Of a DNA stretch of 32,000 nt, positions 15,597 to 23,330 are shown piece by piece. Position 1 is the stretch's first letter. Each line of letters starts with the position of its first letter. The DNA comes from Aeropyrum pernix K1. GTDB taxonomy: Archaea > Thermoproteota > Thermoprotei_A > Sulfolobales > Acidilobaceae. Position numbers and translations under genes: made by a program. Under the pieces are notes generated by a model, which did no database searches, was not told the DNA's origin, and was given only the letters and a program-made list of their open reading frames with translations. Where the stretch lies: the NCBI RefSeq assembly GCF_000011125.1, contig NC_000854.2:990001-1022000 (forward strand). The letters run 5' to 3'.

Positions 15597-16037
15597 ATGG
15601 AGAGCGAGCTTTGCCTCAACATCTCGCTAGACCCCTCTACACCCATATCGTCCATAATAGATAGTGTAGGGGTTGCACACCACGTGGTATACGTGGATTC
15701 AGGCGCTACGGTAGCAGATGCAGTGGAGAAGTGCATTAAGGAGGGGTGCGAGTTCATTATAGTGAAGGGCAGGGAGGGCGAGTTCGCTGTCAGTATTAGC
15801 GATGCTGTCAAGAGCTATAGCAGGGAGAAGACCGCCGCAGAGCTTAGGGAGGAAGCCCTCTTTGAAGCCAGCGGGAATGCGAGCATACAGAAGGTAATAA
15901 CAGTTCTCCTGGCGAGCGGCAAGCCAGGGGTCGCTGTTAAGGAGGGGGGGAGGATAGTCAGCATCGTCGCTCTGAGGCTCGTCTCAAAGCTGTTGTCGCT
16001 GGAGATAGACGTTGAGGAGCTTAGGGGGGCCGATTAG
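15597..16037 (+). CDS. CBS-domain-like small protein (146 aa)
   Basis: The sequence shows a two-fold pattern (VVYVDSGATVADAVEKCIKEGCEFIIVKGREGEFAVSISDAVK, then ASIQKVITVLLASGKPGVAVKEGGRIVSIVALRLV) typical of a CBS pair. A TATA-like CTTATAC lies about 40 nt upstream. The gene sits 43 nt upstream of the OPSS gene on the same strand. Confidence 0.65.
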   Translation: MESELCLNISLDPSTPISSIIDSVGVAHHVVYVDSGATVADAVEKCIKEGCEFIIVKGREGEFAVSISDAVKSYSREKTAAELREEALFEASGNASIQKVITVLLASGKPGVAVKEGGRIVSIVALRLVSKLLSLEIDVEELRGAD

Positions 16038-16071
16038 ATAGGGTAGGGCTAGCGGTAAATAATGGGGGTAG

Positions 16072-17250
<1,179 letters not shown>

Positions 17251-17258
17251 ACTATATA

Positions 17259-17284
17259 ACCTCATTATATTACCTCATTATATT
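17259..17284. repeat. Perfect tandem duplication, 2 x 13 nt (ACCTCATTATATT)
   Basis: Read directly from the sequence. It covers the last codons and the stop codon of the acyl-CoA dehydrogenase pseudogene on the minus strand. Confidence 0.9.
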
Positions 17285-17763
17285 CTGAGCCCCCTCCGCG
17301 CCTACATAGTAGCTATAGCTTGCCAGGAGCCCCCTATAAACGTCTATCTCCTTTATAACTTATAGCGCCGTGGACCTGCATCGCCAAGTCGAATATAGAC
17401 TTGGCCACGTTGACCGGCTTCAGCTCGGCACTAGCGTTATAGAAGCGTAGATTCCTTGGCTTAAGGCCCGCCTCTCTCCACGTATATCCTGTCAGCCATC
17501 CACGCAGCCTTGTAAACTAGTAGGCGGGCGGCTTCAAGCTCCATTGCAGCCTCTGCTATCGGGAAGCTTATGCCTTGGAAGGATAATGTAGGCCGGCCGT
17601 CGAACAACTCTCTGCCACGTGCATATTCGACTGTCCGCTCTAGCGCCTATCTTGCGGCTCCTATGTTTGCTGCTGCCACAAGGATCCCGGCCAGGTTGAA
17701 GCCTTCCATGGCTACGTAGAAGCCCCTATTCTCCTCGCCTATAACGTTCTCCACGCTAATATC
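17270..17763 (-). pseudogene. Acyl-CoA dehydrogenase pseudogene: C-terminal roughly 160 codons only, with in-frame stops and frameshifts
   Basis: My minus-strand translation gives DISVENVIGEENRGFYVAMEGFNLAGILVAAANIGAAR*ALERTVEYARGRELFDGRPTLSFQGISFPIAEAAMELEAARLLVYKAAWMAD.... After frame changes it continues ...SAELKPVNVAKSIFDLAMQVHGAISYKGD... and ...YVGAEGAQNIMR*. This parallels the ACAD consensus (ENLLGEEGKGF, GRIGIAAQALG, EFQ, EAARLL.YKAAW, QIHGGYGY, EIYEGTSEIQR). The N-terminal half is absent. Confidence 0.8.
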
Positions 17764-17774
17764 TTACCCCTGGA

Positions 17775-17788
17775 TGTTTATATTTCGC
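17775..17788 (-). repeat. Downstream copy of a 14-nt direct repeat (GCGAAATATAAACA on the minus strand), TATA-box-like
   Basis: It is identical to 18362..18375. It lies immediately after the vapC stop codon and exactly 20 nt upstream of the GTG that opens the ACAD remnant. Confidence 0.85.
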
Positions 17789-18187
17789 TTACCTGAAGGG
17801 ATCTATCGTCTTGAGTATTCCCCTGTAGGGTTTCTCGTCTTCTGTGATGATCCTGTCTGCACCGTTGTTTAGGTATGTGTAGGCGAGGAGTCTATCCCAA
17901 AAGTAGCGTGGAGGTGATTGTGAGGCCTGTAGCACTTCAAGGTGGGTGTAGTGGACTACACGTAGTGTCCTTGTGAGCGTGTAGGCGAGTGTTTGTGCAA
18001 GTGGAGTAGCTGCCGGGTACTTTCTTTTTACCGCGTATATGGTCTCGGCCAGCACTTGGGAGGAGACGATGTACTCCGTCGGATGTTTTAGAGCCTGTTC
18101 TATTACCTCTACTGCTTTCTCATGCTTCTCTCCTGCTTTGTTATCCATTGCGTAGATTAGTATGTTAGTATCGAGTCCTGCTGGCAT
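17789..18187 (-). CDS. vapC: PIN-domain ribonuclease toxin (VapC)
   Basis: The 132-aa product has an N-terminal LDTNILIYA motif with the first PIN acidic residue and a C-terminal IITEDE-type acidic motif. Its start overlaps the upstream small ORF by 23 nt. Confidence 0.85.
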   Translation of the reverse strand: MPAGLDTNILIYAMDNKAGEKHEKAVEVIEQALKHPTEYIVSSQVLAETIYAVKRKYPAATPLAQTLAYTLTRTLRVVHYTHLEVLQASQSPPRYFWDRLLAYTYLNNGADRIITEDEKPYRGILKTIDPFR

Positions 18188-18341
18188 AGATTCTCTGCCT
18201 CCTCAGGTCCTTTTGTTTCACTCCGAGGGGGGCTCCCTTCCTAAGGAGTTCTATTAACCGTTCTACCCCTCTTTCTTCGTCGAAGTCCTCGGGCACCTCA
18301 ACCTCAATGGTTATCTTCTTGGTCGCCACCGCCTCTCCCAT
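18165..18341 (-). CDS. vapB: Putative VapB-type antitoxin (58 aa); too short to appear in the supplied track
   Basis: My translation is MGEAVATKKITIEVEVPEDFDEERGVERLIELLRKGAPLGVKQKDLRRQRIYASRTRY*. It starts at ATG 18341, 20 nt after the TATA-like repeat, and overlaps the vapC start, which is the canonical type II TA layout. The family was not identified. Confidence 0.6.
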   Translation of the reverse strand: MGEAVATKKITIEVEVPEDFDEERGVERLIELLRKGAPLGVKQKDLRRQRIYASRTRY

Positions 18342-18361
18342 GGTAGTATTCTTGATGTTGG

Positions 18362-18375
18362 TGTTTATATTTCGC
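18362..18375 (-). promoter_or_regulatory. Upstream copy of the 14-nt direct repeat GCGAAATATAAACA; probable vapBC TATA box (leaderless geometry)
   Basis: It is identical to 17775..17788 and its centre is 27 nt upstream of the vapB ATG. Confidence 0.6.
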
Positions 18376-18457
18376 CCTCTCCACTGACAGGTTTTTATAC
18401 TACCTCGCGCAAAATCATTAGGGTCGTGGCCTGGAGGGACCAGCCGACGCGCCTTAG

Positions 18458-18873
18458 GGTGATGAGCAGGGTACCCTCGATCCTCCGGGCGGGATAGAGG
18501 GTGATCTGGAGCTGTCCAGTGTTGGAGTGGACAACCCTAGAGTAGCGGTAGGGAGCAGTGCTATGGTAGAAGATCTTCCTGAGGCCAGCTTTGCAGGGCA
18601 GCAGGAGGCCTACCTTAATGTAAAAGGGGCTGAAGAGGTTGTGGAGTACGTAAAGAAGGCATGGGCAAGCCTCTGGACGGCTAGAGCTATGAGCTATAGG
18701 GATAGCATAAATATAGACCATGAAACGGTATACATGGCCGTTATAGTGCAAAAAAGGTAAATAGTAGGAGTAGTGGTGTAATGTTTACAATTCACCCTGT
18801 TACAGGAGACACCGATAAGATCATGGTAGAGTCTATCTGGGGTCTTGGAGAGTATATACTCCCGCCCTACTGA
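18458..18873 (+). pseudogene. Internal fragment of a phosphoenolpyruvate synthase (PpsA/PPDK N-terminal ATP-grasp region) with a homopolymer frameshift
   Basis: The translation reads ...[84 protein letters not shown]. After a 1-nt slip in the A6 run at 18750..18755 it continues [39 protein letters not shown]. This tracks the PpsA consensus ([63 protein letters not shown]). Only about 135 of roughly 800 codons are present. Confidence 0.8.
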
Positions 18874-18887
18874 GTAGCACGATAGGG

Positions 18888-19202
18888 GTGGAGGCCGTGG
18901 AGGGAGTTCCCAGTGTTAGGGATAGCCTTGTTAGGGCTAGGATCCTTGTTAGGGGTGTTGTGCAGGGAGTGTTCTTCAGGGCTAGCATGAGGGAGGAGGC
19001 CCTGCGGCTGGGGCTCTCCGGGTGGGTTAGAAACCTTCCTGACGGGGAGAGTGTTGAGGCCGTGGTGGAGGGTAGGGGGGATGCTGTGGAGAGGATTATA
19101 TGCTGGTGCCTCCGAGGTCCTCCAGCGGCGAGAGTCAGGGAGCTGAGGGTCGAGTTGGAGCCCTATAAGGGGGAGTTCAGGGGTTTTGAGATAAGATATT
19201 GA
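18888..19202 (+). CDS. acyP: Acylphosphatase
   Basis: It has the acylphosphatase signature: VRARILVRGVVQGVFFRASMREEALRLGLSGWVRNLPDGESVEAVVEG...GPPAARV. The start is GTG at 18888 or 18897. Confidence 0.85.
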   Translation: MEAVEGVPSVRDSLVRARILVRGVVQGVFFRASMREEALRLGLSGWVRNLPDGESVEAVVEGRGDAVERIICWCLRGPPAARVRELRVELEPYKGEFRGFEIRY

Positions 19203-19242
19203 GCCCCAGGCTCCACCCCATCTACCCCGGGGTTTCAGGCGG

Positions 19243-20670
19243 GTGCTAGTGTTGATACGTGTTTTCAACACGCTGGGCAGGAGGAAGGAGGTTTTCAACC
19301 CCTATAGCCCGCCTCTCGTGGGCATGTATGTCTGCGGCCCGACTGTCTACGATTACACCCACATAGGCCATGCCAGGACCTTCACGGTCTTCGACGCTAT
19401 CAAGCGGTATCTAAGGCTTAGGGGGTATGATGTCTTCCACGTGCAGAACATCACGGATATAGACGATAAGATCATCAATAGGGCTAGGGAGGAGGGGAGG
19501 GACTGGAGGGAGATTGTGCGCGAGTACAGCAGGGACTATCTGGAGGGGCTCGGGAGCCTGGGCATACAGATAGACCACCACCCCAGGGTTACAGACCATA
19601 TATCAGACATAATCCGGTTCATAGAGGGGCTTATCGAGAAGGGCTACGCCTACGTGGCCGAGAGCGGGAGCGTCTACTTCGAGGTGGACAAGTACCCGGG
19701 GTATGGCATGCTAAGCGGCCACTTATCGAAGGAAGCGTGGAGGCAGGAGGAGGATGTGCTCCACGAGAAGAAGAGCCCGTACGACTTCGCCCTCTGGAAG
19801 GCAGCTAAGCCCGGTGAGCCTAGCTGGGAGAGCCCGTGGGGGAGGGGGAGGCCCGGATGGCATATCGAGTGCAGCGTCATGAGCAGCAGGTACCTGGGCA
19901 GCAGGATAGACATACACGGCGGCGGGGTGGACCTCGTCTTCCCCCACCACGAGAACGAGAGGGCGCAGAGCGAGAGCTACTTCGGCCACCGCTGGGTCAG
20001 GTACTGGCTGCACGCCAGCTACCTGACCATAAAGGGCGAGAAGATGAGCAAGAGCCTCGGCAACATCATACCCCTCCGAGAGGCCCTTAGGGAGTGGGGC
20101 CCAGGGCCCCTCAGGCTGTGGCTCCTTAGCTCCCACTACAGGAGCAACCTCGACTACAGCGAGGAGGCCCTCGGCCAGTACAGGAGGCTGTATGAGAGGC
20201 TCAGGCAGGCCGCCGACTCTATCGGGAGGAGGCTCGAGAGGGCCGAGCCCAAGGGCAGGCTTGGCGAGGGTGAGCTTGAGACGGTGGAGAGGCTTAAAGG
20301 GGTTGTGAGGAGGTGGCACGAGGCCATGTCCGACGACTTCAACATGGGGAAGGCTATGAGCAGCCTGTGGGAGTTCACGACAATCTACTTCAGGGAGGTT
20401 GAGCAGACGGAGAGCTACACCCTCTTATGGCTCTCCTGGAGGATCCTTACAGGATTCAACAGCGTCTACGCCTTCGCACCCGACATAGTAGAGGCTAGGA
20501 GGCCTGAGAGAAGTCTTGAGGACAGTCTGGTCCAGGCTCTCGTGGACGTGAGAAGCGAGCTCAGGAGGAGGAAGATGTACGACCTGGCCGACGAGATCAG
20601 GAGCAGGCTGGCTCAGCTAGGCTTCGTGCTCCACGACAAGGGGGAGAAGACGGAGTGGAGGAGAAGGTAG
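19243..20670 (+). CDS. cysS: Cysteinyl-tRNA synthetase
   Basis: It is a class I synthetase with the HIGH motif (YDYTHIGHARTF), the KMSKS motif (GEKMSKSLGN), and the CysRS-type CGPTVYD and WHIECS zinc-site residues. Confidence 0.95.
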   Translation: MLVLIRVFNTLGRRKEVFNPYSPPLVGMYVCGPTVYDYTHIGHARTFTVFDAIKRYLRLRGYDVFHVQNITDIDDKIINRAREEGRDWREIVREYSRDYLEGLGSLGIQIDHHPRVTDHISDIIRFIEGLIEKGYAYVAESGSVYFEVDKYPGYGMLSGHLSKEAWRQEEDVLHEKKSPYDFALWKAAKPGEPSWESPWGRGRPGWHIECSVMSSRYLGSRIDIHGGGVDLVFPHHENERAQSESYFGHRWVRYWLHASYLTIKGEKMSKSLGNIIPLREALREWGPGPLRLWLLSSHYRSNLDYSEEALGQYRRLYERLRQAADSIGRRLERAEPKGRLGEGELETVERLKGVVRRWHEAMSDDFNMGKAMSSLWEFTTIYFREVEQTESYTLLWLSWRILTGFNSVYAFAPDIVEARRPERSLEDSLVQALVDVRSELRRRKMYDLADEIRSRLAQLGFVLHDKGEKTEWRRR

Positions 20671-21458
20671 CCTGGGAGCCCCTCGACGTCAGGGCTATAG
20701 AGAGGCTCGACCTAAACGTGTACTCGAGGCAGCTGGGGCTGCTGGGCGTCCGGGGGCAGCTGAGGCTCTCCTCATCTAAAGTCGCGGTGGTGGGTCTCGG
20801 CGGCCTCGGCAACCTGGCGGCAGCCTACCTGGCTGCCTCGGGGGTTGGAAGGCTTATCCTGGTTGATAGGGACGTGGTGGAGCCAAGCAACCTCAACAGA
20901 CAGGTGCTCTACGGGAAAGGCGACGTGGGCAGGTACAAGGCTGTTGCCGCCGCTGAAAGGCTTGGGGAGCTGAACCCTGAGGCGGAGATAGAGCCTGTGC
21001 CCGAAGCTCTAGACCCGGCTCTGGCCGAGGACCTCGCGCGGGAGGCAGACGTCATCGTGGACGGGCTGGACAACTGGATGGCGAGGCTATGGCTGGACGC
21101 CGCCTCGTGGAGACGCGGGAAGCCGCTGGTGCATGGAGCGGCGGAGAGGATGCACGGCCAGGTCACAACCGTTGAGAGGGGGAGGAGCTCCTGCCTGGCA
21201 TGCATAGCCCCCTCCAACCCGGAAAGGGCGGGATGCACGACCATAATAGCACCAACGGTCGGGGTCGTATCCTCGCTCGAGGTCCTAGAAGCCATTAAAC
21301 TCCTAACCGGGGTGGGAGAGCCCCTCTACAACAGGCTCGCGGTAATAGATCTAACCACACCCAGGATAGAGGTCCTCAGGCTCGCGCAGATGGACTGCAG
21401 GGCGTGCCTCTCCAGGCTCAAGGGAGGCGAGGACCTCGCCAGCCTCTACGGGGTTTAG
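20655..21458 (+). CDS. E1-like adenylyltransferase of the ThiF/MoeB/UbaA family (no rhodanese domain)
   Basis: It has the sequence YSRQLGLLGVRGQLRLSSSKVAVVGLGGLGNLAAAYLAASGVGRLILVDRDVVEPSNLNRQ with the nucleotide-binding loop. It also has two CxxC pairs (CLAC, CRAC) and a candidate catalytic Cys (AGCTT). The GTG start overlaps the cysS 3' end by 16 nt. Confidence 0.9.
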   Translation: MEEKVAWEPLDVRAIERLDLNVYSRQLGLLGVRGQLRLSSSKVAVVGLGGLGNLAAAYLAASGVGRLILVDRDVVEPSNLNRQVLYGKGDVGRYKAVAAAERLGELNPEAEIEPVPEALDPALAEDLAREADVIVDGLDNWMARLWLDAASWRRGKPLVHGAAERMHGQVTTVERGRSSCLACIAPSNPERAGCTTIIAPTVGVVSSLEVLEAIKLLTGVGEPLYNRLAVIDLTTPRIEVLRLAQMDCRACLSRLKGGEDLASLYGV

Positions 21459-21524
21459 GGTCGAGCAGGCCCGGCGCCTCCATACTATAAAGGCTCCAGG
21501 CATAGAGAATAAACCACTCGGAGC

Positions 21525-21646
21525 GGGCCCGTAGCTCAGCCAGGACAGAGCGCCGGCCTTCTAAGCGGGGCCGGGAGGCCTCGGCCCTACCTCGGCTGCG
21601 CGGGGACAGCCGGTGGTCCCGGGTTCAAATCCCGGCGGGCCCGCCA
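21525..21646 (+). tRNA. tRNA-Arg (anticodon UCU) with a 44-nt intron at the canonical 37/38 position and encoded CCA
   Basis: Folded by hand. Acceptor GGGCCCG/CGGGCCC, D arm GCUC-AGCCAGGACA-GAGC, anticodon arm CCGGC-CUUCUA[intron]A-GCCGG, T arm CCGGG-UUCAAAU-CCCGG, discriminator G, then CCA. The mature length is 78 nt. Confidence 0.9.
21564..21607 (+). other. tRNA-Arg intron (44 nt; the boundary could shift by 1 nt because of a repeated A)
   Basis: Removing 21564..21607 restores a 7-nt anticodon loop and a 5-bp anticodon stem. The intron contains the self-complementary core GGGCCGGGAGGCCTCGGCCC. I did not verify bulge-helix-bulge geometry. Confidence 0.8.
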
Positions 21647-21724
21647 CAACAGCCCCTCCCAAGCGGGGGTGGGTGTGGGGCTCCTATACTTGGATGGCCT
21701 CTGGAGTCGAGTGGTGGTGCTGCG

Positions 21725-22030
21725 TTGAAGGCTAACGTGGCGGCTGCGGGTGTTGTAGGGGCTGCCCTAGCACTAGCCTCCGCTCTTGCCACAGGCTTAG
21801 CAGGGTTTAACCCGGGTTTCGGTGGTTTAGACCCGGGGCTCGCTGTAGGGTTAATTGGGGTTGCCATCTGCGCAGCTGCCGCGGTAGCCTTGTACCCGTT
21901 GTATGCTAGGCTCTCCGGGAGCTCTGTCTCAGGCGTGGTAGAGTCCTTTCTCTCGCAGATTATGGTGTACCTAGTCCTGTGGCCGGCCCTCCACGCTTCA
22001 ATCAGGCTTTTACTTAGTCTGGGAGGCTAG
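21725..22030 (+). CDS. Hypothetical small integral membrane protein (about 100 aa, 3 predicted TM segments)
   Basis: The track ORF has a TTG start and an Ala/Gly/Leu-rich hydrophobic sequence. No alternative coding explanation exists for this 380-nt gap. Because high GC inflates ORF length, confidence is moderate. Confidence 0.45.
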   Translation: MKANVAAAGVVGAALALASALATGLAGFNPGFGGLDPGLAVGLIGVAICAAAAVALYPLYARLSGSSVSGVVESFLSQIMVYLVLWPALHASIRLLLSLGG

Positions 22031-22109
22031 GCCCGCTAAGCCTGGTTGGGTATGACAATATATTTCCCCCGGATAGAAACCCCCGGGTTACTTAGGGTGT
22101 GTAGAGGCA

Positions 22110-23330
22110 GTGGCCCGCAGGATAGTGGTGGAGAGCTACCCCTACCCTAGGGTTGAGGACCTGCAGGTAGAGCTGGTGGAGCGCAAGGGTCTCGGGCACC
22201 CGGATACTATCTGCGATGCTGCTGCTGAGGCGGTGAGCAGAGAACTCAGCAAATACTACCTGGAGAGGTTCGGGAAGATCCTCCACCACAACGTCGACAA
22301 GGTTCTCCTAGTGGGCGGGCAGGCTGCACCCAGGCTTGGGGGCGGCGAGGTCCTCCAGCCGATCTATATTCTCGTCTCGGGGAGGGTGACTACCGAGGTG
22401 AGGACGGGGGGCGGCGTGGAGAGCGTGCCCGTAGGCCCCATCATCCTTAGGGCTGTTAAGAACTACATCAGGGAGAACTTCAGGTTCCTGGACCCGGAGG
22501 AGCACGTGATAGTCGACTACCGCGTGGGACGTGGAAGCGTGGACCTTGTAGGCATCTTCGAGGCGGAGGACAAGGTGCCCCTAGCCAACGACACCAGCAT
22601 AGGCTCCGGCCACGCCCCGCTCTCCACCCTGGAGAGGCTTGTTCTCGAGACTGAGAGGATCCTCAACAGCAGGGAGACCAAGGAGAGGCTGCCGGCCGTC
22701 GGGGAGGATGTGAAGGTTATGGGGGTGAGGGACGGGAAGTCCATAACACTCACCGTGGCCATGGCGGTCGTCAGCAGCCAGGTTGGAAGCGTGAGCGACT
22801 ACCTTGCGGTCAAGGAGGAGGCGGAGAGCCTGATACTGGATCTGGCCTCCAGGATAGCGCCCGACTACGACGTTAGGGTTAACATAAACACTGGCGACAT
22901 ACCCGAGAAGAAGATACTCTACCTCACCGTCACCGGTACCAGCGCCGAGCATGGTGACGACGGTGCGACAGGCAGGGGTAACAGGGTTAACGGGCTTATC
23001 ACGCCTATGAGGCCTATGAGCATGGAGGCGGCTGCCGGCAAGAACCCGGTAAACCATGTTGGCAAGATATACAATGTAGTAGCCAACGAGATGGCGGCAC
23101 TCATCCACCGCGAGGTGAAGGGGGTGGAGGAGGTGTATGTAAAGCTCGTGAGCCAGATAGGCAAGCCGATAGACAGGCCCCGGATAGTCGACGTCAAGGT
23201 TAGGATGGAGGGGGGGAGAGAGGTGACCGCGGACGCCAAGAGGGAGATAGAGGCCATAGCCAACTCCGTCCTAGACGGCATAACGGGCTACACTGAGAAG
23301 CTGGTGAGGGGGGATATAACAGTTTATTAG
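22110..23330 (+). CDS. mat: Archaeal-type S-adenosylmethionine synthetase (methionine adenosyltransferase)
   Basis: The 406-aa product has an N-terminal [30 protein letters not shown] and [12 protein letters not shown], plus a C-terminal [25 protein letters not shown]. These are characteristic of the archaeal MAT family. Confidence 0.95.
   Translation: MARRIVVESYPYPRVEDLQVELVERKGLGHPDTICDAAAEAVSRELSKYYLERFGKILHHNVDKVLLVGGQAAPRLGGGEVLQPIYILVSGRVTTEVRTGGGVESVPVGPIILRAVKNYIRENFRFLDPEEHVIVDYRVGRGSVDLVGIFEAEDKVPLANDTSIGSGHAPLSTLERLVLETERILNSRETKERLPAVGEDVKVMGVRDGKSITLTVAMAVVSSQVGSVSDYLAVKEEAESLILDLASRIAPDYDVRVNINTGDIPEKKILYLTVTGTSAEHGDDGATGRGNRVNGLITPMRPMSMEAAAGKNPVNHVGKIYNVVANEMAALIHREVKGVEEVYVKLVSQIGKPIDRPRIVDVKVRMEGGREVTADAKREIEAIANSVLDGITGYTEKLVRGDITVY

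Noticed and set aside
15470-15811. A 113-aa minus-strand ORF bridging the divergent promoter region and the CBS gene.
   Set aside because: It runs through the AT-rich promoter region and antisense to the better-supported CBS-like ORF. It also overlaps the 5' end of the binding-protein gene.
18395-18751. A 118-aa minus-strand ORF in the decayed region.
   Set aside because: The opposite strand carries clear PEP synthase homology ([25 protein letters not shown]...). The minus-strand product has odd composition and no motif.
19723-20319. A 198-aa ORF on the minus strand inside cysS, with shorter ones at 19411..19599 and 19674..19913.
   Set aside because: It is antisense to a CysRS gene with clear HIGH and KMSKS motifs. 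The product is Pro/Ala/Leu-rich and low in complexity.
21725-22030. The ORF next to the E1-like enzyme ends in Gly-Gly (…LLLSLGG), which could have marked a ubiquitin-like sulfur carrier (SAMP/Urm1/ThiS/MoaD).
   Set aside because: The sequence is strongly hydrophobic, with three TM-like segments, and has no beta-grasp pattern. C-terminal GG also ends the unrelated products at 988..1461 and 28476..29279, so it is a frequent chance feature in this GC-rich genome.
22581-23108. A 175-aa minus-strand ORF, with others at 22517..22762 and 22919..23281.
   Set aside because: These are antisense to the archaeal SAM synthetase gene and have no independent support.
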